DNA of 64,000 nt. Origin: the human T2T-CHM13v2.0 reference genome, Homo sapiens. A program made the position numbers and the translations under genes. This document shows positions 14,480 through 27,447 of this stretch, one piece after another. The stretch's first letter is position 1. Every line of letters starts with the position of its first letter. The notes under the pieces were generated by a model, which saw only the letters and a list, made by a program, of their open reading frames with translations, was not told the DNA's origin and made no database searches. Location of the stretch: assembly GCF_009914755.1 (NCBI RefSeq), contig NC_060925.1; one strand, written 5' to 3'.

Positions 14480-15426
14480 ACCTCTATGCACACAAACTAG
14501 AAAGCCTAGAAGAGATGGACAAATTCCTGGACACATACATCCTCCCAAGACTGAATCAGGGAAAAATTAATTTCCTGAACAGACCAATAACGAGCTCCAG
14601 AATAGAATAAGTGATGAATAGCCTAGCAACCAAAAAATGGCCAGGACCAGATGGATTCACAGCCAAATTCTACCAGATGTACAAAGAGCTGGTACCATCC
14701 CTACTGAAACATTTCAAAAAATTGAGGAGGAGGGACTCCTCCCCAACTCATCCTATGAGGCAAGCATCATCCTGATACCAAAACCTGGTAGAGACATCAG
14801 AAAAACAAAAAAAAATCCTCTTCAGGCCAGTATTCTTGATAAATATTGATGCAAAAATTCTCAACAAAATACTTGCAAGCCAAATCCAGCAGCACATCAA
14901 AAAGCTTATCCACCACAATCAAATAGGCTTCATCCCCAGGATTCAAGGTTAGTTCAACATACACAAATCCATAAATGTGATTTATCACATGAACAGAGAA
15001 AAAGACATAAAACACATGATTATCTCAATAGATACAGAAAATGCTTTCAGTAGAATTCAACATTCCTTCGTGTTAAAAACTCTCAATAAACTAGGTATCA
15101 AAGGAACATACAACAAAATAATAACAGCCATCTATGACAAACTCACAGCCAATATCATACTGAATGGGGAAAAGCTGGAAGCATTTTCCTTGAAAACTGG
15201 CACAAGACAAGGATGCCTTCTCTCAGCACTCCTATTCAACATAGTATTAGAAGTCCTGGCCAGAGCAATCAGGCAAGATAAAGAAATAAAGGGCAGCATC
15301 CAAATAGGAAGAGAGGAAGTCAACTATCCCTGTTTGCAGATGACATGATTCTGTATTTAGAAAACTCCATAGTCTTGGCCCGAAAGCTCCTTCAGCTGAT
15401 AAATAACTTCAGCAAATTTCAGGATA
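14480..15426 (+). mobile_element. Internal L1 ORF2 fragment (older primate L1PA/L1PB type), Z/RT region, disrupted
   Basis: ORF-track pieces '[24 protein letters not shown]' and '[12 protein letters not shown]...[27 protein letters not shown]'; FADD codons 'tttgcagatgac' at about 15333. Stops and frameshifts; no 3'UTR or poly(A). Confidence 0.93.
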
Positions 15427-15739
15427 TTTTAACATTATTCTTTAGTTATATTTTTTGCTTATATATTTTTACTAACATAAACAACCAATATAGAAGTATT
15501 AAAATGGCATTCATGCGTACAAGTTTAGTTTGAAAGCATGTGTTTGAATCCAAGAAAATTAATATATATTTTCATAAAAACTAAGAAAATAAAAATCAAT
15601 TTAGAATTCAAATTAAAAAGAAGACATGCTCTGCTCTAATTCAGATGCTAGTATTTATTTTATAATATGTAGTCCACAAGAATGTCTAAGAGGCCATAGG
15701 ACACCAGGATATGTAGGAAGATAGACAGAAAATACCTAA

Positions 15740-16230
15740 GGATCTTAAGTAAGTTTATTTTTCAGATCCAGGAAAACTCCCAGGAGGCTTAGAATTAGCA
15801 AGGTTATTGCAAACTACTGCAAATAATCTATGAATAATCATAAGGAATGGGAGTTTTATATATATATATATATGTGTATTTATATTTATAGGCAGATGTC
15901 CAATATTTTAAAAACAAGGGGGAAACAGGATTCTAGGAATTATGGGCAACTATACTTATTATGATTTGGTGAAAAAATATTATGATATAATTATCAGGCA
16001 AATGTACAGTATTTGTGTACACTAAGAATATAAGGAAGTAATTAATAAGAATCAGGGATGTTTGGAAGAATACGTCACACTAGGTTAACAATATTTTCTT
16101 TTTAATAGAGTTACTAGTGTGTAGTCCAATGAATACTGGAGAATACTTAATTAGTTTTTGACAAGAAATCCTCTGTTATTTTTTATATAATTCTTAGTGA
16201 TAAGATAGATTTAGACTGTATGAACATGGT
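15740..16230 (+). mobile_element. L3/CR1 LINE, RT N-terminal part (5' piece of a fragmented element)
   Basis: 'gcagatgtccaatattttaaaaacaagggggaaacaggattctaggaattatggg', 'aataagaatcagggatg', 'ttctttttaatagagttactag' follow the order of CR1 RT motifs PIFKKG..GNYRP..QHGF..FYDRVT. Confidence 0.55.
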
Positions 16231-16332
16231 CATCAATGACTTTAACATCTAATTCCACTGTCTTTCTTTATCCTATATTTACAATGCATGACTTCAGATG
16301 CTCTTGACTTCATATGTTTTTCCTTTCAGCTA

Positions 16333-16710
16333 TGTCTGCAATGACCAACTCTGTATGAGTATGTGTACATTCCTTTGGGTCTGTAACACACTCCTATCTC
16401 TCACACTAGAATTTTTCTGTGGCCTTCACCTTGTGGGATGCTATAAAGATTGATTTGTGACCCAAACAGACACAACCCAAAATTTCAGAGGATTAACCTG
16501 TATGAGGCAAAACATTAACCACTGGGCAATAGGAACCAATGAGAAAAGGCTCACAGGTGGTCCTGAGAGGCATTTCAGACAGTATCTCACACTTTCACAA
16601 AATTGAGGCATTATTCACCCACAGCATAGTCAACCTAATTATACATCCTCATATTGGTTCTCCTTTCTTCTCTGCTTCATAGCCCTTTCTTCCCTCCAAA
16701 ACCTTTCACC
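16333..16710 (+). mobile_element. LTR16-family (ERVL) solo LTR
   Basis: 'gaggattaacctgtatgaggcaaaacattaaccactggg', 'tcctgagaggcatt', 'cccacagc...catcctcatattggttctcctttcttctctg' resemble LTR16C. Confidence 0.5.
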
Positions 16711-16759
16711 TTTCTAGTTCTCACTTTTTCCCTTTTGTCTCCTAGTTTGATCACTTGAG

Positions 16760-17650
16760 TTGTACTCAATATCTGGATCTTTCCTTTCAGCATATACACA
16801 TTTCCAAATTTCTCTCACCCAAAAGAAAAAATGAAAAATAAAAAATAACACGGTTTGATAGCATATTTCTATCTCATTATTGTCCTTTTCCTTTTTCATC
16901 AAGAATCTCAAAAGAGTAGCCCGCATTTAAGTTCTTACACCTTCACCTTCTACCTACTCATTAGCCAGCAACAATCTTGCTCTGACTCCAGCACATCTCT
17001 AAAACTCTGCTAACACTATCAAGGACATCTAATTGCTAAGTAAAATAGACACTTTCAAGCTCTCTTACTTGACTTTTTGCTGCTTTGGCACTGTCGAGAA
17101 AAGTTCTTAAGACTCTGTTTTAGTTTTCTTTGGACACCATCCTTTTTTGTTGTTTTTGATATTTTTAATATTCCTGAAAGCTCCTTTGCGGGTCCTGTGT
17201 TGTATTTCTTATCTGTCTGCTTTTCTGATGTTATCGCTTTTAAATTTGCATAACTTTCCTTCTTCTCCAATGCCAATGTCATTCACTTTTCTAGTTTCAG
17301 AACCTATTTGATCTATGTAGGCACCCAATGCTCTCTTTAGGATTGGCTTGCTGGAAGATTTTGACATCATTCATCTCTCTAGATGACCTACAGGCAACTC
17401 CAGTTTAATGTGTTCAAAACTACATCCCTAATTTTCCCCCTACCCAGTCACAAAAGCTCTCTCTTCCCATCCTTTCCCATCTCATTTTTTTTGCCTACCA
17501 TCAAACAAATCAACCCCTTCAGAATCATTGGGATCTTTGTGTCTTTTTTCTCTCATAATCCAACTAAAGACCTACAGATTGATCTTTTAAGTAGTTATTG
17601 ACCACATCTCCATTGCCACTTCCCTAAAAGTACCTTACTTTCTTACACTG
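16760..17650 (+). mobile_element. L2 LINE body; continues at about 19000-19480 and 19790-19960
   Basis: 'catctaattgctaagtaaaatagacacttt', 'caggcaactccagtttaatgtgttcaaaact', 'catctccattgccact' in L2 order; later 'ctccatcactagaatgtga'. Confidence 0.65.
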
Positions 17651-17945
17651 TATACCTTATCATGATACATTTTATAAGAAAGGAGTTAAGTATACTTATT
17701 ATATCTATCACTTTTTCTAAGGCAAACTGTTCTTATAAAGGGGGAGCTCTGTGCAGTGATATACATGATCTTGTTTCCTCTGACTATAATTGATTTGACT
17801 TAGTGAGAGTATACAACCTCAGTGCAAAAAATGCCACACATACACATAAGGGGGTTTTATGTGGAAAGCTACATTCAAACTGACTCATGCAGATTATCAT
17901 TGTAAAGCAATTGAAGAATATGAAGAGAATCAGTCAGTAAGCTAT

Positions 17946-18614
17946 TGTATTAGTCCATATTCATACTGCTGTGAAGAAATACCAGAGATTGGGTAATTAT
18001 AAAGAAAAAGAGGTTTAATTGACTCACAGTTCCAGATGGCTGGGGAGGTCTCACAATCATGGCGGAAGGTGAAGGAGGAGCAAAGGCTTGTCTTACATGG
18101 TGGCAAGCAAGAGAGCATGTGCAGGGGAACTGAGCTTTATGAAACCATGAGATCTCATGAGACTTATTCACTATCACAAGAACAGCACAGGAAAAACCCG
18201 CCCCCACGATTCAATTACCTCCCACCAGCCCCTCCCATGACACGTGGTATATTAGTCCATTCTCATGCTGCTAATAAAGACATACTTGAGACTGGATAAT
18301 TTATAAAGGAAAGAGGTTTGATTGACTCACAGTTCCACATGGCTGGGGAGGCCTCACAATCATGGGAGAAGATGAAAGAAAAGCAAAGGGACATCTTATA
18401 TGGTGGCAGGCAAGACACAGTGTGTGTCCGGGAGAACTTCCCTTTATAAAACCATCATATCTCATGAGACTTATTCGCTATCATGAGAACAGCACGGGAA
18501 AACCCACCCCCATGATTCAATTACCTCTTGCCAGATCCCTCCCAAGACACGTGGGGATTATGGGAGCTATAGTTCAAGATGAGATATTGGTGGGGACACA
18601 GCCAAACCATATCA
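17946..18614 (-). mobile_element. Double THE1 (MaLR) LTR: partial copy 17946-18247 plus full copy 18248-18614 inside one 5-bp TSD
   Basis: Both copies start TGTATTAGTCC/TATATTAGTCC on +. The unit ends 'gtggggacacagccaaaccatatca' (reverse complement of the THE1 5' end). GCTAT at 17941-17945 and 18615-18619. Confidence 0.93.
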
Positions 18615-19959
18615 GCTATAGAAGCAAAACCTAAAAGATTATCAATATAGAAAAAACCTAAGATGTCATGATGGACTATTACTAAGCTAAAGCTTTGAGT
18701 GGACCAATGTTAAAAAAAAATGGAGAAATCGTGAGGCAGTGGATAAAGAGAGTGGAAGGTGATAAAACCTCTAGAGGCAAGAATAGACATACTGAGATAT
18801 ATATTGAACAAAACACTGAAGAAAATTTGAGTTATTAAGTGAAGCATTTCAGTGAACCCCTGGAAAATTTTGCCACTGAGAACTATCATAGTATCAATTA
18901 CAGTTCCTGTTCTTACATGTATAACCATGTAATAAACCCCAATTACTTAAACTAGACTTTGTATCTTATAAGCAGATATGTCTAGCCACAGTACATTCTT
19001 CACTGGCCTGACAATCTCTAGTTTCTCACTTCCATATCCAGCATTTAACACTGTTGTAGACAAAATGTTGTAACAAGACAAAAATCTAAGTTCCTAAGCA
19101 TGGCATCCATGGTCTTCTAGTCTGACCTTTGCTTAGCTCTTCAGACTCTTGCCCTCTTCAGACTTTCTTCTAACCTTCCCTTCCTAATTCATATACAAGT
19201 ATCACCACATTCCAAATAGTTTCCTTGTTCCACCATGCTCATTCACCACAGTGTGCTTTTGCTTCTTTTGTCCACCATTACTAGATTATTCAATTCCTTT
19301 TTCTCCCAGAGTACTTTATTAATCTTTCAAAACACAGTTTACATGTAACTGAATTTAGCCCTTCCCTAGCATCCTGGGCATAAATACTTTATAATGCATA
19401 CCATATTGTATTTAAATTAGTAGTCTTCCTCCATCTCTGTCTCCATCACTAGAATGTGATCTAGTGATCTAACTTATTTATCCCAGAGAAAAGCATAAAA
19501 GATGACATGCATAAAACAATCAGTAAATCTTTCTTCCTACAAATTATGAACAGTAAAGTATACACAGAGGGAGGTGAAAAAATAACTTCTCTGGTATCAA
19601 CCTGATGGAGATCTTTAGTGGACTGCCACCAGACTGGGTATCCCTTTCTGAGTCTGTTTAACATTTTAATCGTTTAATATCAGCAATTTTCTAACATAGT
19701 TCTTCTGGGTCCTAACTTCCAGGAAACGACTCAGAAGCTTCCCTATGTGTAGATCGCTGACCTTATTCTAGATAAAAACAAACCTATTTCTAATCTCCTG
19801 ATCTCATGACCCACCACTTTCCCTTGTATTCAAACATGTCACCATCTCTAGAATACACATTATGCTTCCTTTTGTTTTACAATCTTCTTTGTCTTAAGTG
19901 TTCTTTTTCTCATTCTTATTTATCAAAATCTTGCTGGCTTTTAAAACTTTCACTGATAA

Positions 19960-20170
19960 AGCAGTGCTGTAGATTATGCATTAGCTTTCTAGTTGGACAG
20001 CACTGCTTAACTCCTAAATTCACCACTTCATAACTAACTATGCAATTACTGGCAAGCTATTTAACCCTCCCGGCCTTATTTTCTCATATTTGTGAAATGG
20101 AAATAATATCTTCTTCAAATATTTTTTGTGAGTATTAATGAGGTCATTTATTTCAAAAGCATTTGGAAAT
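19960..20170 (+). mobile_element. MIR
   Basis: 'ggcaagctatttaaccctccc...cttattttctcatatttgtgaaatggaaataata...gtgagtattaatgag'. Confidence 0.7.
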
Positions 20171-20334
20171 TTGTCCCTTAACTTTCCTCTTGTGAATTTT
20201 CACCACACTTTATATTTCCCACATATTGCATTTCCATCTGTGATTTATAAGAGTTCCTATGTACATGATTTAAAGCTTCTATTAGTGAATAATTTGGAGG
20301 ATGAGATGGGGAGGTAAGATACAGTTTATCAGTC

Positions 20335-20603
20335 TTTATTTATTTATCTATTTATTTACTGACATGGAGTCTCACTCACTCTGTTGCCCCAGCTAGAATG
20401 CAGTGGCATGATCTAACCTCACTGCAACCTCTGCCTCCCAGGTTCAAGCGATTCTCATGCCTCAGTCTCCTGAGTAGCTGGGATTACAGGCATGCACCAC
20501 TATGCCTGGCTAATTTTTGTATTTTTAGTAGAGACAGGGTTTTACCATGTTGGCCAGGTTGGTCTTGAACTCCTGACCTCAAGTGATCCGCCCACCTCAG
20601 CCT
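20335..20603 (-). mobile_element. AluS (Sx/Sz-like), 5'-truncated, degenerate TSD
   Basis: (TTTA)n tail; Alu body to 'gatccgcccacctcagcct'; flanks agtctttattt / aatctttattt. Confidence 0.92.
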
Positions 20604-20689
20604 AATCTTTATTTTTTATAGTATTTCACCTAGCAGGTTTAGTCACATAAACTAAAAATTAAATATACAATACATGGTTAAAGATTCAA

Positions 20690-21480
20690 AAGAAATTTTT
20701 ATCAAATTTGTAAATAATATGAAGTTGAAGAAAGGGCTGAGCTGTATAACCAAATCAAGATTCAAAATATCTCAATGTGTTGAAATTAGAGTTTAACATG
20801 TCTATGCATAAATGAGTCCTGACTTTTTACAAGGATTGTCAGCAATTTGGAGGAGAAATATCTAAGTGTTTTATTTACTTTTATCTTACAAATAGCCAGT
20901 TTTACATTAAGTCCATAAAATAACGAATATGAAATAGCTTAAGTTAATTCAATTATATAGACATATGATGAAGTTTACAGACTGTATGTACTTTGTCTTA
21001 TTCATATTACACATGGAGCAGGCTGTTCTATTTTGGAAGCCTCTTAACTGAACTGGAAAATTTGCAAGGAAGGGCAGCTGGAATTGTGAAGGCTCTGTAA
21101 AAGTATGTGTTCTACAGCTTAGCGAAAGAAACTGGGGTTGTCTAGTTTGAAGGATCCAACAGAAAGAACATGATAACTGACTGCAAGTATTTGAGTGGTT
21201 GTCATTTGCAAGATATTTGACTTAGTTTCTGGGATTCTCAATGACAGAATTATACCATTGGAGAGAAGATGCAGAGAGGCAGACATTGACTAAATATGAA
21301 AAAGAACTTTAAAACTTTTAGAGATGACAATAAATATAATGGACTTCCCCCAAAATGAGTAGGTTCTTATGAACTAAGAGGTTGAGATTAGTTAAGTGCC
21401 TAATAAGAATAAAAAGTTTCTTCCTTTAAGTAAGTCAAACAATATCTGATGATTCTTTGAACACTGAGTTTCAATAATCT
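20690..21480 (+). mobile_element. L3/CR1 LINE 3' part
   Basis: 'tatcaaatttgtaaataatatgaagttg' (IKFADD-like), 'gaaagaaactggggttgtctagtttgaa', 'gagaggcagacattgactaaatatgaaaaagaacttt' and an L3-like 3' end. Confidence 0.65.
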
Positions 21481-22264
21481 ATACAAACTAGATTTAAGAA
21501 TTTTGAAATTCATTAAATACTCTTCTAAATTAAAATTTCAAAAATAAATATATTAGAAAAATGTTTACCAAATGTCCCTTAATACAAATAAGTTAAGAAA
21601 TTAACTTGAAGGCAAGACAAGAAAATAACTTGGATTTATGCAAGCAAGGATTTTAAAAAGTTATTTGCAACCTTGAAAAACAAAAATGAGCTATGTTTAG
21701 AAAACATTAAAATAATTGGTTCCATGTCTGTTATAGTTCTTATGTGTCCATTAACCTAATAAACTCTGAAATCTAGTAATTAACTGACCCCGGAAGTCAC
21801 AGGCCAATGAATAAACGAACTTTTCAAGATTAAAAAAAAAGTCATTGATTTATACTCACTGTGCCCATCCTTAGGAAATGCATTTATACCTTGAATTTTG
21901 CATGAAGTTGTCCGAATTACACAATTAGGCAATATGCATTTAGCTACAGTCAACAGAGTTCTGATTTGACTGCCAATTAGGAATGCATGTTGACTATCAC
22001 TTAAGCGAAATACGATGTGGAGGGTAAAAGATTACCTCATCAAGTCTCCATCCATCTTTTATCTAACAGATTCACACATACATTCAGTATGCAATTAAAT
22101 CACAAGACACTACACACAATGTGACCTCCACGGAAAGTATCAGTGTATATATTCATTTCCTAGTTGACAAGCAGTACAGTTATTTTACAGAACTTCAGTG
22201 GTGTGCAATTTCAAGATTACTACAGAATCACGCAGGATAAAAACTTCCAGTAGCTCTGATTTAA

Positions 22265-22405
22265 TAAAGGGAGAAAGAAGAAAGGAAGAGAGGGAGGGAA
22301 GAAAAAAAGAAAAAGAGAGAAAAAAAGGAAAAGAAACGAAAGGAGAGGAGAGAAGAGGGAAGGAAGGAAGGAAGGAAGGAAGGAAGGAAGGAGAGAAAGA
22401 AAAAA
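22265..22405. repeat. Polypurine low-complexity tract including (GGAA)8 at 22358-22389
   Basis: About 140 nt almost exclusively A/G, with eight perfect GGAA units. Confidence 0.95.
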
Positions 22406-25099
22406 TGAGGGTTGAAATACTTGATTGAGGAACAGGTGAGGTTAAAAAAAGACTGAAGAATTACTGAACTCATTTTGACATGTTTTAAATAATGGCTGGA
22501 AAATACAAGGGCACGTGCAGTGCAGTTAAATCTTTCCCACTCTTTAATAGAGGGGATACAAAGGTCACTGCTGTGCAAAGAGAATTGACTAATCCCTTCA
22601 ATGCATGGTGTGTCCAGTACCTCTTTTATTTAATTTTGTAGAGGAAAGCTGGTCTGAATTAGGCCTTCAATAATTATCGCAGGAACCTGACACAAATTTT
22701 AACAAGCCCCATAATGGCCTATCTATATATTCAGGCCAATTATTACATACTGACTCAAGCAGTTGGGCAGCAGATATTGTGCCGTTCACTCAGAACCCCT
22801 TTTGAATCATTTTACATTTCACACAATGCAAAAGAAAACAGCCACGTAAATTACAGAAATAAGCAGAATACCCCCCAAGGGAAAGCAAGCTGATTCTTAA
22901 TGCTACGTCTAAGTGAAATGTGAATGATTTCATCTTTGAAACCTGAAATTGTGCTTGAAGTTGCAATTATACTCTTTCTGGCATGATAAGCTATTATAGA
23001 AAGAAATGTAATATGTCTTTAAAAAGCACAAGAACAGGAGACAGAGTTACAAGTAAGACCCAGATGAGCCTCTTCTTCCAAGAATGACAGCAAAGTTATA
23101 AAGGAATAGATGCCGTCTCTCTGGAAAAGTATGCAAAGTAAGAAGTGATTGGTACAGCTTTAATTCCTGCCACACTATTTTCAAAAATTCCAAGGACAGG
23201 ACAACCTGACATTTAACTCTTTCTCCTCAATTACGGTAAGAGTGCTTAAGTAACATACATGTATTAGTGTTTAATGTACCCATGGTGTAACCCCAAACCC
23301 AGGACATCTTGTTACAAGGCCTATCAAATATGTCTTTCGCATCAGTAGCTAGGGCACAAATATTTCTGCCTTCTGATTTCGAGAAGATATTCTTTTTTTT
23401 TATTCTGCTTGCTTATTCATTACTAGAAGGTTAATGTTAAGGTGATAGTTTTACTCCTTTAGATCAAATTCTTTCCACAGCTCTTGCCTAAATTTCCTAT
23501 ACAGATTTTATTAAAATATGTGAAAATGGAATCTGTTAAACATGACCTGTATATGACCTTAAGCATAAAGGAAATCAAAACCATTTCCCTTCTTTTTTGT
23601 TACCAGTTTTTCATCCCCTACTTAACTAGCTGTTTCAAAATGTGCTTTTCCTTCCCTACAAAACACATCTTTATGTCAAAAATGATGAAAATACTGTAAT
23701 GCTAAAAGAATACAGAAGCTCACTAGCAGGGTTTATTTACTGCTCGACACATGTTTCTCTTACTTTTGTTTTGTAAATCTTATAGATTTAAAATAAACTA
23801 CTAGACGGGGATGAGAGGTTGCAGTTCTGTATCTATAAATAATGCAGCTTAGTAAATGCAAATGTTTCTTGTAGTCCAATGTTTCAAGGAGTAATTTTTG
23901 CAGCTCTTTTGGGAGAAAGTGGTTTTATATATTTTATTTTGTTTTTTAGCTCCATAATTTAAGTTTTATAGAAAAATATTTATAAGTTAAACCCCATATG
24001 TCTGACTTGCAGAAGAAATACACTAAATACTGTGTATTCGGAGAAGAGCATTGAAATCAGGGTGCAGATGTGCTTACGATTTACTCTCAGCTTGCAAGTA
24101 TTAAGAAAAAACAGCCTCTGGGGGTAATGCAATCACTTTCATGGTACTTCTATCCTAGAAAAATAGTTCTTAGATTTAATCTATGCAATCCAATCAAAAC
24201 CATACATCTACATAGAGCTTTTAAAAATATGTTCCTTGGACAGTTTTTATAGAAAAATTTACTAAAAGCTTGACTACACTGAAAAAAATTCATGTTAGAT
24301 CTGGGTAGGAAACAACCTTGAATAATTTCTACTGAACTTTACAAAACACAAATGCAGCATAGAGAAAGGTTTAGTCTCCAAAATCTCTGTTCATTTCTAG
24401 GTAAGTACTTTTTCTTTTGCTTATTTTCGGGTCTTCTCCCCCCACCACCGCCCCCCACCCCCAACACACACACACACACAAAATTTGTTGCTGCTGTTAA
24501 AAAGAACCTTGCCACAAATTCAGTTACTTAGAAGCTCCAAGGTGAATTGACTGAAACTCGAATACAATTTTACTGACAGCCACATAACTCAGTACAAAAT
24601 GGGGCCTTCTGGTATTTTCTTTTCTGTAAGAAAATAAACAAAAAAATGTGCAGAACTAGTCAAAACAGAATTACAATAGATGATGGCATTGGGGGTGAGA
24701 AGGAAGGAAAGAAGGAATAAAAGAAAAAAATTTTTAAAGACAGAAGGGAAAGGAACGAAAGGAATGAAAAGGGAACAGAGGAAAAAATAAAGCAAAATTA
24801 GCCAAAAAAAAAAAAAAAAGCTTTCTTTTTTGTTTGGTTGGGTTTTCTGGATCACTGAAAATCCTTACCATCTATGTTATCTCAGGTAGAGACAGGTGTG
24901 TAAAAAATATTTTTGTTTTGGATTCTTGTTAGTCATTTTTGTAAAGAAAGAGGAAGGAAAAATATTTTTACAGAGACATATACCTCTGTAGACAGAACTA
25001 GAAATACTAAAACAAAACAAAAGGCAATGGTTTAAATTCTCTTCTAACAAATGGAAAGAGTTCTGAAATTCATTGCTTCAATGCAGTGTGGCTTGCACT

Positions 25100-25495
25100 C
25101 ACAGTACAGCATGCAAAGTGGGCATAGCAGACCACTTGGTGTGTGGATCGTCCTTCGAGGACAGCAGAGAGCATCTAGCTGTCAGCAACGTCAGGTTCTG
25201 CTGCAAAATGTTACCTTGCTGGAAGTTCTGCCCTGCTTTCCAGAGCAACCCTCATGTGGTGGTTGAGTGAGGTGGAGTATAAAGGCCCAGCCAGTTCTAC
25301 CTGAGGGTGAATGCCCTGCCTTGCAATATTTACTTCCAGTGTGGTAGAGACTTTGTTGGCTGGCACTGTAGTTCACCTTCTTCGTCTGCGCCAAACTGCT
25401 TCTTCCTTCTTCCCTTCACAGATGGGAATTTTATAGCTATCTTGCCCCACAGGCTCCATTTTAGCCTCCTCTTCCAATGAATCCAACCTACAACA
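25100..25495 (+). mobile_element. LTR16A-like (ERVL) solo LTR
   Basis: 'ggagtataaaggcccagcca', 'ccaaactgcttcttccttctcccttcacag', 3' end 'aatccaacctacaaca'. 5' boundary uncertain. Confidence 0.65.
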
Positions 25496-25549
25496 GCTAC
25501 TAAGCTAAGTTTTAGAAACACTAAATTATGAAATACAAATTATGATTTT

Positions 25550-25770
25550 TAACACTCACTGAGAACATACTGTTTCAGGGACTAAGCAAAGCACTATTGC
25601 TTTCCATTTTCACCTTGCATTGTCATTAACTTCCCACCACCCAATTAGGTACACATTTTATACCTATTTTATAGATGAAGAAATCATGGCAGATAAATTC
25701 ATAAAGTCTATAAAGGAATAAAGCTTAGAATCAGATTGTGGCAGTCTAACTCAATAACCTATGTTATTAA
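25550..25770 (-). mobile_element. MIR
   Basis: 'cctattttatagatgaagaaat', 'ggcagtctaactc'. Confidence 0.65.
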
Positions 25771-25959
25771 TGTTTTAACATGCTATGATTATTCAAAAAC
25801 AGACAAAAATCAACTTTTATATACATGCTTCCAAACAGCCAGACAAAAATTTGGAGAATTCCATAACTCAAATATCTTCATGTCTGATTCTATGTAGCTG
25901 GGACTTTTGCATAAACAATATAAAATTTTAATTTTCATCAGCATGTTTTACGATGAAAA

Positions 25960-27010
25960 ATTTAACAAATATTTGTTTACAAATTGCTGCAAACAAGCAC
26001 CATGCTAGGTATTGAGAATACAGAAATAGAAAAAAAAATAATTGTGGCCTTTGAAAAGCAAAATTCTTACAGTAAAAGAGGAATGCAAACCAATAATTTT
26101 AGCTCAATGTACTAGGTGCTCAAGTGAAGAGACAAGATACAGCAAGTTCATAAAAGAAGGAAGTGATAGCTCTTTTGGGAGACGCTAAAGACTGATTTTA
26201 TACAGGACACATGCTTAAGACTTGAACGTAGGGAATGCCTCCTGACAAAGGCATGGTATAGAAAAAGGCAAGTTAGCCGTCTGGAGCATAGTATGTTCTC
26301 TGACAACTAGGTAAAATTTTTTCTTGTGAGTTTCCTTGATGGCTCAACCACCTATACTATAACTCTTTCTGCAACCATCTGCTTTTCTTTCTGGTTCTAG
26401 ATGGACCTTGGGCAATACTGGCTCCATTTTAATTTTATATCTTTTTTGCCCCTCCCTTGAAGAAATAGCAGAATAATATTCCCTCATTCTGTACCACATT
26501 TAAACCTCTAACGTGAAGTATCAAAAGAAAACAACCTTGACCACACCCTGCTCTCCTCACTCACAAGCACCCAGACACACTAGAGAATCCAGCTATGTGC
26601 TTATCAGTATTCACAATTTTCTTACTGGGATCAGTTACCATTCTTTACTGTTTTTGCTTAACTCTAGGTCTTCCCCACTAGACTACAAAATGTATTTGGC
26701 AGGGAAGTTCTCTAGCTTGCTCACACTGATAGCATTACCAGTGTTGGGAACTTAGTAGGCATTTAATACATATGTGTTAAATAAAGGAATAAACGAAGGC
26801 ACTGTTCACTATCATTTATTTATAAAAACAAATATTTATGGAGTATTTACTAGATTCCAGTCAATATGCTAAACTATACGAACAAAAACTGATGGAGGTA
26901 GCCATTGCCTTAAGAAATAAATAATCTAATAGATGAAACGTAGGTGTGCAATAACTATTGCTTACATGCCTACTAATAAGCATAAAGGACTTGGGGCATC
27001 TAGAAGGTCT
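25960..27010. mobile_element. Cluster of L2 3' fragments: - (about 25960-26300), + (about 26440-26795), - (about 26810-27010)
   Basis: 'tttaacaaatatttgttt', 'ccccactagactacaaa...tagtaggcatttaatacatatgtgttaaataaa', 'caaatatttatggagtatttacta'. Confidence 0.6.
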
Positions 27011-27149
27011 AAGACTAGAGGTGGGATGACTAGATAAAAATATGAAACCGGTGATTCAATTAAATGAAATAGTTTTATAATAAAAGATGTTTTCCAACAT
27101 ATCCAGCTTAAACTTTTATAAAGAGAGAAATATGAGGACCCTTCCACAG

Positions 27150-27400
27150 GGTATAATGGAAAGAGAGTGGACTGTGGAATAGGTTAAACTTGATTTAAAA
27201 TTTTAATCCTGCCATTTAGTAACTCTATGACTTCGAAATGTTAACTTAAGTATATGTCATCAATTTTCCCATTTGTTTTATTAATCAGGCCAATAATTAC
27301 CATTCCCAGAGTTTTTTGTAAGGATTGCCTGAAATTTTATATGTAAAATACTTAGCATACTTCCTGGGGCATAGTAATGATAGCTGTTCAACTAATGCTG
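27150..27400 (+). mobile_element. MIR
   Basis: 'aaagagagtggactgtggaat...aattttaatcctgccatttagtaactctatgactt...tatgtaaaatacttagcatacttcctgg'. Confidence 0.75.
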
Positions 27401-27447
27401 GTTTTCTTTGTCAATTTGTAGGCTAATCTAACTCTAGAACCCATCAA

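Noticed and set aside
24899-24972. Short inverted repeat tgtaaaaaatattttt / aaaaatatttttaca as a MITE or RNA hairpin
   Set aside because: AT-only arms of about 15 nt, no TSD and no extended pairing; expected by chance.
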